Below, piece by piece: positions 11,250 to 24,580 of a stretch of DNA of 64,000 bases. Every line of letters starts with the position of its first letter. Position 1 is the first letter of the stretch. The DNA is taken from positions 96,001 to 160,000 of the forward strand of contig CAWJMT010000004.1 in the NCBI GenBank assembly GCA_963844035.1, written 5' to 3'. The position numbers were made by a program, and so were the translations under genes. The notes below the pieces were generated by a model, which saw only the letters and a program-made list of their open reading frames with translations, had not been told where the DNA came from and did no database searches. The stretch comes from an uncultured Gemmatimonadales bacterium (lineage in GTDB: Bacteria; Gemmatimonadota; Gemmatimonadetes; Gemmatimonadales; GWC2-71-9).

Positions 11250-12576
11250 TCAATGGAGCGTCTGGGCGACGCCCACGGCGCTCGCCAGCGCCACACGGGC
11301 GACGGCGGCGCGAAACCGGGCGTCGATGTCGGCATCGCGCGCCTCGAGCAGCGACGCCTGGGCGTTGATCACTTCGATGTTGCCGGCGACGCCGGCGGCG
11401 AACCGCTCGCGCGCCTGCGACAGCTCGTCCTCCGCCAGCTGCATCCGCTCGGCAGCGATCGACTGCTGCGCCGCGACCGAGCGAAGCTCCAGCAGGGCGC
11501 CTTCTACTTCCGCGGCGATTTCCTGACGCAGGTCATGCTCCCGCAGCTCCGACACGCTGGCGAGCGCGTGCTGCTCCGCGAGCCGCCCTTCGCGGCGAAA
11601 TCCGTCGAGGATCGGAATGCTCACCGCGACGGCGATCTGCCGCGTGTAAATGGCGCTGGGCACATCCGGGCCGTTGACGCCGACATCGCCCTCCAGGCTG
11701 AGCTTCGGCAGCCGCTCCGCCGCAATCGCCGAACCGGTGGTCCGCGCCGCCAAGCCGCGCGCGACCTCAGCTTTGAGATCGGGGCGCATCGCGACGCCGC
11801 GCGCAATCGCCGAGTCGCGCTCCACCGGGACGTTCGCGGCGGCGAGCCCGCTCGAGAGCGTGTCGGTAAGCTCGATCGGCGTCGTGGGGTCCAGGCCGAG
11901 CGCGCGCGCCAGTTCGAGGCGCGCACGGTCGCTCTGGTTCTGCGCCACGATCAGCGAGCCCCACCGAGACCGCGAGCTGGGTGCGCGCCCGGGTGACGTC
12001 GATGGATGCGCTGACGCCGGCGGCCTTTTGCGCCACGGCGAGCCGCACCAGCTCCGCCGCGATACTCGAATCGGCGCGCCGTGCCCCGGCCGACGCGGCA
12101 GCCCGCGCGGCGCGCAGGTAGGCGACCGCGGCAGCCCGAGCCGCGCCCTCCACGGCCACGCTGCGGTCCGCTCCGCTGCCATCAGCCTGCGCGCGGGCGG
12201 CATGGACGCGCTTGATACTGGCAAAGTCGAACAGCGTCTGCGTCGCCGTCGCCCGGGCGTCAAAGTTGTCGAACGGCCCGATGAGCTCCGGGACCGTCGG
12301 CAATTCAATCCCCAGGGACCGCGAGTTGAAGCTGCGGCTGGCCCACGCACTGCTGAGGGAGAGAGACGGTAACAGGGGGCCTCGGGCCTGGCGCACGCGC
12401 GCCTCCGCCGCGTCCACCTGCAGTCCGGCGATCGCGACGGCCGGCGCCGTCCCCGCGGCCTGACTCACCGCCTGGCCGAAGGAGAGCCGCACCGGCACCG
12501 GGGCCGGCGCCTGCGCCTCGAGCCGCGCGGCGCCCGCGAGGGCAAGCCAAAGAGCCATTCCGTATCGAGCCATCAT
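11250..12576 (-). CDS. TolC family outer membrane efflux protein (frameshift ~11960)
   Basis: Signal peptide; two OEP repeats (LLPSLSL, RLPKLSL; RFAAGV...IEVINAQ). Confidence 0.88.
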
Positions 12577-13250
12577 GCGATCCTATCCGGCTGGGTGGCG
12601 ATGCCGCGAAGGAAGATGCGAACGTGGTGATCGATGTAGCTGGCGACGTCCAGGCCATCGGGCGTGCACAGCGCAAACGAGTGGCGCCAGTTGGCGACGT
12701 GGAGCAGCGGCGCCATGGCGAGCTTGACGGCGATCTTGACGTCGAGCCGGCGGAACTCCCCGTTCTTGATCCCCAGCTCCACGACACTCGCCATCAGGCG
12801 GTGACCGCGGGTGATGACCTCGTCGTAGTAGAAGCGTGCCAGTACCGGGAAGTTGACGGCCTCGGCCATCATCAGCTTGGGAATACCGGACAGACGCGTC
12901 TCCCCGATCAGCTCCCACCATTTCCGCACCAGCTGGCTGAACAGGTCCGCGGCGCTGCCGTGATGCGCCGCCACCATCTCTTCGCCCCGCGCGAAGACCG
13001 GCAGGATCGTCTCGCGCACGACCGCCTTGAAGAGCGCTTCTTTGTTTTCGAAGTAGAGGTAGACAGTCCCTTTGGTCACGCCGGCGCGCCGCGCCACCTC
13101 CTCGAGCTTCGTGGTGGCAAACCCGCGCTCCACGAACACCTCGAGGGCGGCCGCGACGATCTCGGCCGGCCGCGCTTCTTTGCGGCGCTGCCAGCGCGGA
13201 CCCGCGCGGCGCTTCGGTGTCGACTTGCGATGGGAGACGGCGTTGGGCAT
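12573..13250 (-). CDS. TetR/AcrR family regulator
   Basis: VFVERGFATTKLEEVARRAGVTKGTVYLYFENKEAL HTH. Confidence 0.95.
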   Translation of the reverse strand: MPNAVSHRKSTPKRRAGPRWQRRKEARPAEIVAAALEVFVERGFATTKLEEVARRAGVTKGTVYLYFENKEALFKAVVRETILPVFARGEEMVAAHHGSAADLFSQLVRKWWELIGETRLSGIPKLMMAEAVNFPVLARFYYDEVITRGHRLMASVVELGIKNGEFRRLDVKIAVKLAMAPLLHVANWRHSFALCTPDGLDVASYIDHHVRIFLRGIATQPDRIA

Positions 13251-13254
13251 GTCC

Positions 13255-13315
13255 GGAACCTCAAAGGTTAGTTACTGAACAGAGAGTAACTTATTGAGGT
13301 TCCCTGAACCGTCAA
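13255..13315 (-). promoter_or_regulatory. Probable promoter and TetR operator of the efflux operon
   Basis: Inverted repeat AGTTACT-N8-AGTAACT (13270-13291) nested within GGAACCTCAA/TTGAGGTTCC; TTGACG on the minus strand at 13310-13315. Confidence 0.6.
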
Positions 13316-13322
13316 GAGCGGC

Positions 13323-13825
13323 CTAGCGCGCCATGCGCTCCCGGAAGAACGCCATCATCCCGGCGCTGGGCGGCTTCACGTCGATCTGCCGCAGCATGAC
13401 GATCACCTGCCCCCGGTGGTACGACGAGTGGTCCACGGTGTGGAGAAACATCTGGCGGAAGGTGTGGGTGTAGGCTCCCCCGCCGGTGGGCTGGATCGTG
13501 ATCCCGTCCTGCAGCCTGGCCGCGGTGAACCCGGCGAGGAACGTCGCCCGCTCCGCCTCCACCGCCTCCCAGCGCGCCCGGGCCTCGGGCAGGCCGGCGA
13601 GATCCTTCCCCTGCGGGCGTGGCCGGCGGCGGCTTGGCCACCCAGCGAGTTCAGCCAGAGCTGCTCGGCCCACACGATGTGGCACACCGTGCCGTGAATA
13701 CTGCCGAAGCTGCTCTTCAGGTCCCGCGTGTACTGCTCGGCGGGGAGCGCCGTCAGCGCGTCAAAGATGCGGCGGTTGGCCCAGGCGTTGTACTCGAAGG
13801 ACTCACGCACATCCTCTACGTTCAC
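13323..13825 (-). CDS. DinB family protein (frameshift ~13640)
   Basis: YNAWAN, SFGSIHGT..H...AE..W, H.VDHSSYHRGQ. Confidence 0.9.
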
Positions 13826-13850
13826 GCATCCTCCTCTGGTCTGAAGGGTC

Positions 13851-13891
13851 GTCCCCCTCGCCACACGGTGGAGAGGGGTCAGGGGGTGAGG
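13851..13891. repeat. REP-like palindromic element
   Basis: CCCCTCGCCAC-ACG-GTGGAGAGGGG plus TCAGGGGGTGAGG tail; same family as the copies at 41271-41372. Confidence 0.75.
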
Positions 13892-14878
13892 TCAACGCGC
13901 CGCTGCGAGCTCGCCGGCATCGAGCACGCTGCGCTCCACGACCTTTCCCTCGATCACCTGGTTGTCGCCCACCAGCGAGCCGCGCACGGTGGCGCGGTTC
14001 ACCCGCACGTTCTTGCCGAGGATGCTGTTTTCAATCGTGCTGTCGCGCACATCGCTGCCCGTTTCGATCGTGACGTTCGGTCCGATCGTCGCGTCGCGCA
14101 GCGTGACGCCATCCTCGATGTACACGGGGGGCCGGATCGTGACCCCGGGAACGGGCTGCGGCGCCCGCGCCCGGCCGTGCTCCAGCAGATGGTGATTGGT
14201 CTCGAGCACCGTGTCCACCTTGCCGCAATCGTACCAGCCGGTCACCTCGGCCACCTGCAGCTTGCGCCCATGGTCCACCATGTACTGAAACGCGTCGGTC
14301 AGGTAGAACTCGCCGCCGACCCCGGGCGGCCGGCGCATCACCTCCGCGATCCCATCGAACAACGTGCGCCAGTCGCGCATGTAGTACAACCCGATGTTCG
14401 CGAGCCGCGAAATCGGGGTGCTCGGCTTCTCGACGATGCGCGTCATCAACCCATTGGGGTCCGTCACCAGCACGCCGAACCGTTGATAGTCCTCCACGTG
14501 CTTCGCCCAGATGATTCCATCCGCGTCGCTCGTCTGCACCAGCGACATGTCGGCATCGAACAACGTGTCCACGAACACAATGAGCACGGGACCGTCCACG
14601 TACGGCCGCGCCAGGTTAATGGCGCCCGCGGTCCCATCCAACGTTTTCTGCTCGACGAATGTCGCCCGGACGGGGTAATGCTCGACGATGTGGTACTCGA
14701 CGACCTCTTTCAGGTGACCCGTGATGACGATCAACTCCTCGACGTTGAGCCCCTTGAGCGTGTCCATCACGTAGTCCATCACGGGCCGCCCGGCGACCCG
14801 GATGAGCGGCTTGGGGACGCGCTTCGTGAGGGGCAGCAGCCGCGTGCCCTTCCCGGCCAGCGGCACGATGACTTTCAC
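13892..14878 (-). CDS. Sugar-phosphate nucleotidyltransferase
   Basis: LAGKGTRL.PLT...PKPL, IVEKP, WYDCG, C-terminal hexapeptide repeats. Confidence 0.93.
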   Translation of the reverse strand: MKVIVPLAGKGTRLLPLTKRVPKPLIRVAGRPVMDYVMDTLKGLNVEELIVITGHLKEVVEYHIVEHYPVRATFVEQKTLDGTAGAINLARPYVDGPVLIVFVDTLFDADMSLVQTSDADGIIWAKHVEDYQRFGVLVTDPNGLMTRIVEKPSTPISRLANIGLYYMRDWRTLFDGIAEVMRRPPGVGGEFYLTDAFQYMVDHGRKLQVAEVTGWYDCGKVDTVLETNHHLLEHGRARAPQPVPGVTIRPPVYIEDGVTLRDATIGPNVTIETGSDVRDSTIENSILGKNVRVNRATVRGSLVGDNQVIEGKVVERSVLDAGELAAAR

Positions 14879-15229
14879 CTACACCCTCCCATAGCGGTCC
14901 TTCAACCGCACCACGTCGTCCAGGTGCGGCGTAGATGCCTCGAGCAGATCGCTGGTCACGACCGCCTGGAACTGGTGGACCACCTTGGGCTCGATGTGGA
15001 ACGCCTCGCCCTCGCGCAGCGGGCGCTCGATCAGCGTCTCGCCCTGCTGGAAGCGCAGCACGATCTCGCCCTTCAGGACGTAGATCGATTCGTCCTTCTC
15101 CTTGTGATACTGCAGGCTGAGCACGTGTCCCGCCTCGATGTGGAGGATCTTGCCGACGTAGCGGTCGGTGCGCGCCCAGATGACCTCGTGGCCCCAGGGC
15201 TTGTCGACGCGATACGGCACCTCACTCAT
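14879..15229 (-). CDS. Cupin domain protein (mannose-6-phosphate isomerase-like)
   Basis: KPWG.E, LSLQYH..KDE, DDVVRL.D.YGR. Confidence 0.88.
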   Translation of the reverse strand: MSEVPYRVDKPWGHEVIWARTDRYVGKILHIEAGHVLSLQYHKEKDESIYVLKGEIVLRFQQGETLIERPLREGEAFHIEPKVVHQFQAVVTSDLLEASTPHLDDVVRLKDRYGRV

Positions 15230-15800
15230 GCCACCTCCACAGGTTGAAGAATCAGGGACGACGGTGCCGTCACGCAGGCGGTAACACACACGCCGCACCC
15301 GACACATCCCTCCGGATGAAGCACCGGGTGGCCGCCCGCGTCCAGCGCGAGCGCCCGCTCGCCCACCGGACACACCCGTGCGCACACGCCACAGGCGACG
15401 CCCTGAAACGTGATGCACCGGGCCGGATCCAGCGTCAGACTGCCCATGTGGATCGAGGACCAGCCGTCCACCGGCACCACGAGGGCGCCGGTCTCGCACG
15501 CCCGGGCACACGGCATGTCCTCGCATACCACGCACGCCTGCACAGCCGGCTCGATCCACGGCGTGCCGACCGCCAGTCCCGCCTCGGCCGGAGCCTTGAG
15601 TATGGCGTGCACCGGACAGACGGCGATGCAATCTCCGCACCGCGTGCACGTCGCGAGGAACTCGAGCTCGGACGCCGCCCCGGGCGGGCGGAAACACCGC
15701 GCGGCGCCACGCGCCGCGCCGTACGGGCGGTCGCTTCCCGCAGCAGCTTCCCAAAGGCATCCCGGAAAAAGCTGCGCCGGTCGGTCGGGCGGCCGGACAT
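15226..15800 (-). CDS. 4Fe-4S ferredoxin-type protein, NapG/MauM-like (frameshifted)
   Basis: DRRSFF leader; CVVCEDMPCARAC, CGVCARVCP, CVGCGVCVTAC. Confidence 0.82.
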
Positions 15801-18774
15801 CAGAAGCTCGGACTCAAGCTCACCACCCAGCGAAACGCGACCCGGCTGCCGGACGGGGGGTCGGCGGCGCTCAACGTCCACTCGTTCATCTCGATCGGGA
15901 ACTCGAACCGCATCGTCCACGCAAGATCGCCTACTTGGTGCCGCGTGACCACTCCGATCCCGCTGTCGTGCAAATCCGCATAGGTCGCGTCGCTCCCGTT
16001 CGGGGTGGTGGCCACCGAATCTACCAGGCCGAAGTCGACAAACGCCTCGAGCGCCACGTCCCGCACAGCCCCCCGTTCGCGCCGCACGATCGAGCGGCTG
16101 ATCTCCGCGTTCAGGGCCACCGCCCAGCGGCCGCCCAGGTCCGGTCGAAAGGCGCGCAGGCCGGCGCCACCCGGCGAGTGGTAGTAGACCCCCGGACGGA
16201 CGAACAACGCCCCCTCGCTGCGCACGAATGGGTTCGTGAACGTCTGGTACGGGTCGGCGCCGGCCACCATGATGCGGCGCTGTTTCAACGGGTCCGATCC
16301 ACTCAGGTACGCCCCGCCGAACAGCCGCAGCCCCACGCGCGTGCCGAGCCATGCCGGCGCGCGCACGCTGGCCTCCCCGGTGAGACGCGCAAACCCGGCC
16401 AGATCGTAGCTCTTGGAGGACTCCAGCCCGCGTCCGGGATTCCAGTACGCGACGCCGCCGTGGCCCCCCGCCGTCGCGTGAAACACCGTCGCGCCCCGCT
16501 CAATGGTCGTGGTGACGCTCGGCCCCGCCTCGATGGTTCCGCCGTTGTCCCACAACTGGTCGTCGAGGTACTGCTGGTTGGAGGTTGCCATCCACAGGGC
16601 GTCGAACCCGACGTGTGGGTCCGACCCGAAGCTCAGATGACGCCGCAGGGACCGGTCCAGATCCACCGCGACCCCCGCCCGGCCCTCCACGGCCCACGCT
16701 GCAAGCGTGCGGCGCAGGCGCGGGGCGGGCTGTCCCAGGGAGAGGGGGTCCGAGATGCGGAAGTACACGCCCAGGCGATCGGTCGCGTCGCCGGCCGTCG
16801 CCACCGAGCCGAGCAACACGCTGCGGTTGTAGGTCCCGAAGTAGTTGCTCCGTTGGCGGAGGCCCACCGTCACGCCGCCGAAATCGTTGGACCAGATCGT
16901 CGGCATCCAGGCGCTCACCAGCCGGTCGCGCCGCACCATCTCGCGGGTGGGGTTGTCGAGCCGCCATTCCCACGCCGCGCCTCCGGTGACGAACCGTGAC
17001 TCGCGGTTGTTGAGCATGTTCCAGTCATGGGTCCGCCCGCGCGGGTCGAGCATCAGGCGGCCGGGCCGGCGCGCGGTGGTGAACTCGATCCGCTCGACCT
17101 GCGGCTGCCCAGTCGCGCGGGCATAGATCGTGTCGGGGTCGGCGATCTCGACCGGCATCCAGCCGTCGCCACGGCGCTCGATGGTCACTGTGGTGCGCCA
17201 GCGGCCATCTGGCAATTGCTTGCGCGCCACGCTGCGCAGGCGGTAGTCGATCAGCACGGTGCCATGCAGCCATTGCCCGAACAGCCACCCGAGGTCCTGC
17301 CCCGACACTTCCTCCGCCACGCTCCGAAACGCGGTTTCGTCCACGTGCTTGAGTTTCCAGCGGTCGAAGTACGTGCGCAGAATGCGGTGCATGCGCTCGT
17401 CGCCCACGACATAGCGCAGCTGCTCGTAGAACAGCTGCGCTTTCGAATAGGTCATCTCGCCGTACGTCGTGAAGTCGTTGAAGCGATCGCCCACCATCGC
17501 GACGGGCTCGCTCCAGCCGTGCAGATCGAACCAGAGCACATCCGCCTCGAGACCCGGGTACGACGACTCCCCACCCTGGTTCTCGACGAACCAGCCCGAC
17601 TGAAAGCTCGTGAACCCTTCGTCGAGCCAGCCGTCGCGCCACTCGTTGTTGGCCAGCTGCCCCATGGTGTACTGATGCCCCGCCTCGTGTACGATCAGTC
17701 CCATCGAGGCGCTCCCGTCCATGAGCACCATGGGGAATTCGGTGCCGCCTCCCTCGATCCGATGAAGGTTGGTGAGCTGCGGCCATTGATAGCGGCCGAA
17801 CAGCATGTCGAGCCAGGCCAGCGCGGTTTCCGTACGCCGGACCGCCACACCGTTGCCCCACGTCGTGCTGTCCCCGGGCAAATACAGCACGCGTACCACC
17901 GCGCCCCCGGCGCGTCCCTGCTCATAGACGTATCGCGGGTTGAGCGAAAAGGCGAAGTGATGCGTCTGCTCGGCGTAGAAGCGCACGCACTTGCGTCCGG
18001 GGCCGACCTCCCCGCACCGGCTGGAGGATGAATCACCCACCCGGCTGCCCGGCTGCCCGCCTGCCCGCCAGTACCAGTCCCGCTGATAGTCGATGACGAG
18101 CCCCGGATCCGCCTTGGCGCGCTCCCATCCGGGGTCACCCTCGACCGGCACGCCGGTGGCGCCGATGACTTGATCCTCGGCAAGGTCCAGCGTCACGTCG
18201 AACGTGGCGAACTCGCCGTAGAACTCGCCGGCCGGATAGAGCGGGTGATCCTGCCAACCGTATTTGTCGTAGACCACGACCTTGGGATACCACTGCGCAA
18301 AATCGAAGCGCCGCCCCTGGCGCCCCTGGCGACGCGGCAGCGTCGAGGGACGGGCCTGCCAGTCGATTTCCGCAACGAGCGAATCTCCGGGGAGGAGCGG
18401 CCGGGTGAGACGCCAGTGCGCGATGGTCGAATCGGGCGCATAGGGGTAGTCGGGCCGCGCCTCCTCGCCGCCGAGCCGCGCCGCCGTGATGCGCTCGAAG
18501 CCGTAGTCGGGATCCTCGCAGATGCTGAAAGCGATCCTTGCCCTTCGGCGCTGTCGGCCGCCGCCCAGCGGGAACCGGGCCGGAACGCGTTGAGGTACTG
18601 GTGCACGAAAAAGTCGTGCAGGGTATCGGGCGAGTGGTTGACGTAGAGGATGCGGGCGTGGCCGGTCAGCACCCCCGACGGCTCGTCCAGCCGCGCCGTG
18701 ATTCCATAGGTGACCTGCTGCTGCCAGTACGCGCTCGTATCGCACGCGAGCAAATGAAGCAGGAGGGGAAGCAT
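15800..18774 (-). CDS. M1 family metallopeptidase with C-terminal extension (frameshift ~18530)
   Basis: YWQQ..Y.I, GGTEFPM, HEAGHQY, WLDEGF, YSKA. Confidence 0.9.
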
Positions 18775-18821
18775 CGGAGTCGGGAAACTACACTCACGAC
18801 AGCCGGACAGGCAGGCGTCCT

Positions 18822-19592
18822 CTAGTGCGCGCCCAATTCCTCAGGGCGAAACAATACGTCCACCCCCGCGAAGAGGTCCTTCCATATGCCCGTCCCCGCC
18901 CCCATGAGCGCGTACTTCGATATGCCGAACTGGTCGTACAGCATTGGCGCCGGGATGCGCAATTTGGCCAGTACCCGGGTTCCGCCGGCCTCCGGCCAGG
19001 CTCGGACAATGGCGCGCAGTGCGCCCTGCGATCCGTTGGCCTCGAACACGCCTATCGCTGTGGCGAAGAGCGTGTCGGCCTGCCGCGTGACGTCAACAAC
19101 GCTGTCGATCGTGAACCGCAGGGATGGGTTACTGAACGTCCGCAGCAACTTTCGGGCGTAGAGATCACGCATGTCCTCGCCCGTGACCAGCGAGTCCGCT
19201 TGTACCGTCACCTCGCCGTGGACGCCACGCCACGTCACCGTGTCCGGGAGCACCGCCCGACCTGCCACTGCCTGGCGGCAGACGAAACTCACGAGGGGCC
19301 GCGGATAGAACGGCACGTTCACGGTGTCGGGGACATTTGCTTGCCCGGTCTTCGGAGCGCGGAGCGACGGATTGATGATCCAGCCGGAGCTTCGCCCCTC
19401 ACCGGGCCGCCACGAGATCTCTTTGGGGCACGTCGTAGCCCACAGTTGGTTGAAGTGCGGGCTCACCTGCCACCAGGCAAGGCTGGCCTTCTGGTCCACG
19501 ATCCAGACGACCTGCGCCTGCGCATTGACCGCGGCCGCGAACAACCCCGACAACACGACCGCGAAACCGAACAGCGGTAACCGACGCCACAT
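18822..19592 (-). CDS. Secreted hypothetical protein, possibly YceI-like
   Basis: Signal peptide (AVNAQ); SLVTGEDMRD resembles the YceI S..TG...RD motif. Confidence 0.5.
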   Translation of the reverse strand: MWRRLPLFGFAVVLSGLFAAAVNAQAQVVWIVDQKASLAWWQVSPHFNQLWATTCPKEISWRPGEGRSSGWIINPSLRAPKTGQANVPDTVNVPFYPRPLVSFVCRQAVAGRAVLPDTVTWRGVHGEVTVQADSLVTGEDMRDLYARKLLRTFSNPSLRFTIDSVVDVTRQADTLFATAIGVFEANGSQGALRAIVRAWPEAGGTRVLAKLRIPAPMLYDQFGISKYALMGAGTGIWKDLFAGVDVLFRPEELGAH

Positions 19593-19793
19593 GAAGCGAA
19601 TGCTAGCGACCGCGGACACGATTGGGGCGCGCGAATTCTCTGAAGGTTCCTTTCAGGAACGCGCTATCGCCTGCTCGCGCCAATCGGGCACCGCACGCGT
19701 ATTTCCGGCGACGGTCGCGCCACTGTTGTGCCGCAAGTTGGCCCGCCGGCGCGAGCCCCAACGCTCGGCCGGCCAACCCAACAAGGAGGCACA

Positions 19794-21003
19794 ATGAGCC
19801 GGAAAACACTTTGGATCCATGCAGCGGTGGCGTCCCTGGTCGCGAGTGCGTGCAGCGACCGCCCCGTGGCGCTCGCCCCCGATGCATCGATGACCACCGC
19901 ACCCATCGCCGGGGTGCCCAACGACCCCCGAGAAGCGCTGACTCGCAGCCTCGCGCTCGCGCTGCGCAGCCCCATCATGCGGGCCTACATGCGCGCCAAG
20001 CTCCAGACCTCGCCCTTCCGCGAGCAGAAGGTTCAGTTCCAACGCTTCCTCGAGGCCGACGGCCGGCACGCGCTGTTGCGAATCGCCGCCGAGACACGAA
20101 CGCCCGCCGGAGCGGTCGCCCGCACCGCGGATGCAACGATGCCGCTCGAGGTCTATCTCCCCGTGCCGGCACACCGCAGGGCCTGGCTTGGCGACGGGAA
20201 CGTCCTTGTGGCCACGGAGCTGAGGGACGGCGACACCCCGGTCGCGTACGATACCGCAGGGACCCGCTTTCTCCTCAGCCCCGACACCCCCCCGGCCATT
20301 CCCGTGCTCGCACTGGTGCCGGTCGAGACCGATTTCGCGACGCCCCCGAGCGCGATGATGTGCTTGAGCGAGTGTGGCGGGGGTGGGGACGGACCCAACC
20401 AGCCACCACCGCCCCCGTCGGGGCTCTACATGACGCAAGCTCATTTCACACAAACATTTGAGGGTTGGTTGAAGGGCAGTCCTGAATTTGAGGTGCACGT
20501 CCTCGGCCAAAAGGAGCAGACGGATTCGCTGACCGACTATCAGTGCGTGGGTGAGCACCAGGGGGCACCGTACTTCTACGATCAGAACGGCCTGGACTGG
20601 AGCCGGCAGCGTGCTGGTGTTCAGCCAATTCCAGCTGAATGACTATCACGCGAAGCACCCCGGCCAGAACGTCCGCGTCTACGTCGTGGAGGACGACGAC
20701 ACGGCGTGCCAGATCAAGACCGACGGCGTGCAATTCTCGGATGCGCTCGCGGTGCTCGACAGCATCCTGAGCGGGTTCGCGGGCGGGAAGGACACGGTCA
20801 CCGGAGGCGGCAAGCGATTCCGCGCCGCCAACGTGGCGGCCAAGCTCTTGAGTACTGTGGCTTCGCTCATCAACACCAACGACGAGCTGGTCGGCAACGC
20901 CGTCGCCGACAGCATCGCCGGCGAATTCCACCCGAATGCCAACTGGATCGTGAGGGGAGCGAACAACGTCACCAACGGATGGATCAACCTCGAGATGCGC
21001 TGA
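19794..21003 (+). CDS. Hypothetical lipoprotein, possibly DUF3103-like (frameshift ~20605)
   Basis: AGGAGG RBS; lipobox ASAC; EGWLKGSPEFEV, VEDDD. Confidence 0.65.
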
Positions 21004-21028
21004 AACTCTTTTGTGCGGGAGGTCAACG

Positions 21029-21640
21029 ATGTGGCGCGCATACGGATTGGCCATATGGGTGTTCGCCGCGGCGCCGCTCGCGGCGCAGTGGAGCGCCGGC
21101 GTGGCGATCGGGTCTCTTGCGTTCGGCGGCACGTCGATCGACACCGCGACGCCGGGCGATCCCCGCAGGGCGCGCCCCTCCGCAAGCACGAGTTACGACA
21201 TTCGTTTGGAGCGCTACTTCGGGACGATCGGCCTCGGGATCGAAGTGCTCTACAGCAAGAGCGGTGCAGGCGTTGAGTCCGCCGACATCGCAGTCGAGCA
21301 GAAGGGCGTGGCGAAGGTGTATGCGGTAGCGCCCGAGGTGTCACTGCTGGTCGCCAGGCCGGGCCCGGGCGGAGCGCTGCGGCTGCGCCTCGGGCCCTCC
21401 TTTGACCGTTGGGCACTCACCGGTGGCGACACAACCTGGCGGGTGGGTGCGCGCGCCGCGGTCTCTCTGGAGTGGCCGTTGGGCGGGCCGTGGATCGGAA
21501 GATTGCAGGCAGGGGCAGCGGTGAGTGCCGGCGTCTTCGACACGGAGGACCTGCCGCCCGAGTATGCGCGACAGGCAACCTGGCGGCGTGCATTGTCGGC
21601 TGGGGTCGCGCTGCGGCGCCCCGCCCCGCGCCTACTCCGC
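21029..21640 (+). CDS. Putative outer membrane beta-barrel protein (3' end uncertain)
   Basis: GGAGG RBS; signal peptide (PLAAQ); alternating amphipathic strands; ORF runs on antisense into atpH, so the true stop is probably lost to an indel. Confidence 0.55.
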
Positions 21641-22174
21641 GGCGAGCATCCGCCGGCGCATCGCCGTGAGCCGGCGGCGCAGCGAGCCGTCGAACACCCG
21701 GTCGCCCACCCGAACGACGACCCCGCCCAGAATCGCGGCGTCCGCCTGGAAATGGGCCCGCACTTCCTTACCGAGCGCATGGGCCAGCCGGCGGACGATA
21801 TCCTTCTCGAACGACTCGTCCCCCGCGGTCGCCACCGTTATGCCGGCATGGACGCGGTTGAGCTCCGTGTCCAGCAACCGCTGATACTCCACGGCGATCT
21901 CGCCGAGCAACCCTTGCCGCCCGCGCCGTACCACCGCCTCGAGAAACCGCACGAACTCGTCGGGCACCAGCCCGTCCAGGGCCCTGCGGAGGATCGCCCC
22001 CTTCTCGGCCTTGGCGACGCGCGGTGAATCGAGCACGACCGCGATCCGCGGGTCGGATGCAACGGCACCCGCCACCGCGTCGATGAATTCGCCGTAGCGC
22101 TCGGTCTTGCCTGCGTCGTCCGCGGCCTCGAACAGGGCCTCGGCGTAGTTACGGGCGATCGTGACGCTTTTCAT
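21632..22174 (-). CDS. atpH: ATP synthase F1 subunit delta
   Basis: IARNYAEALF, ILGGVVVRVGDRVFDGSL. Confidence 0.96.
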   Translation of the reverse strand: MKSVTIARNYAEALFEAADDAGKTERYGEFIDAVAGAVASDPRIAVVLDSPRVAKAEKGAILRRALDGLVPDEFVRFLEAVVRRGRQGLLGEIAVEYQRLLDTELNRVHAGITVATAGDESFEKDIVRRLAHALGKEVRAHFQADAAILGGVVVRVGDRVFDGSLRRRLTAMRRRMLAAE

Positions 22175-22733
22175 CGCGCCTTCGCGTCATCCCCGAGCTG
22201 GTCGATGTACTGCGTGACCAACCGGCGGTTGGCATCGCTGTCGAGCTTGGCCTCGATCAGCTTGGAGGCGGCGGCGAGAGAGAGATCCACCGCTTCCTGC
22301 CGCACCGTGAGGAGCGCCTTGCGGGTTTCGCTGGCGATCTCCTGGCGCGCGCGCGCCAGGAGCGCCTCCTGCTCCTCGTGGGTCTTGGCGAGCAGCGCGT
22401 CCCGTTCTTTCTGCGCCGCCGCCTTGGCGCGCGCCACGATCTCCTGCCCTTCGGCACGCGCGGCCGTCAACAGCGCCTTCTGCTCCTCGAGCAGGCGCGC
22501 CGCCTCGGCCCTGCCGCGCTCGGCGTCCTCGAGCTGCTGCTGGATGCGCCGCTCCCGCTCCTCGACCGACTTGAGGATCATCGGCCACCCCAGCTTCCAG
22601 AGCAGGCCGAGGAGGATCAGGAAGATGAGGACGGTCCAGAAGGCCATCCCCGTATTGATCGAGAACGGCGAGAACCCTTCCGCCTCCCCGCCGTGGTGCG
22701 CGGCTTCCTGGAGCAGCAGCAGCAGCGCCGGCA

Positions 22734-22734
<1 letters not shown>
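22171..22734 (-). CDS. atpF: ATP synthase F0 subunit b
   Basis: N-terminal TM, WP.I...EERE..I coiled coil. Confidence 0.95.
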
Positions 22735-24200
<1,466 letters not shown>

Positions 24201-24204
<4 letters not shown>

Positions 24205-24473
24205 CCGCCCGGTCCCTTCCCCTCCGCTGCCTTGTCCGCCTTGTCCCGAGCGATGTCGCGCTGGACCCGGTAATAGATGCTCATGAACCCGCCGAATCCG
24301 CCCAGGAACCCGCCCGCGATTGCGAACGCAGGCCGGGTGTGAAGCCACCCGTCTACCAGCCAGCCGAGCGCGCCAAACAACAGGATGGCGAGTGCGAACG
24401 AGAAGCCGGCGCCGACGTACGAGTAGCCATCGCCCAGACCCCGGGCGAACCGATTGCGATCCTCGGTTGGCAT
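24201..24473 (-). CDS. AtpZ/AtpI family protein
   Basis: GWLVDGWLHTRP...G..LG motif; first gene of the atp operon. Confidence 0.85.
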
Positions 24474-24580
24474 GAACGGCCGATAACTTACCCGCTTGTG
24501 AAATATTTCGCAAGCAAACGGACCCACACGCAAACTTATGTGGCGCTTGCGAGTATGATTGAGTAACCTCAAGAACTGTT

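Noticed and set aside
10110..11996. Long antisense ORFs (also 13619..15247, 38250..39923, 46830..48569, 51585..53276)
   Set aside because: Shadow ORFs of well-supported genes in high-GC DNA, with Arg/Gly/Pro-rich non-protein composition.
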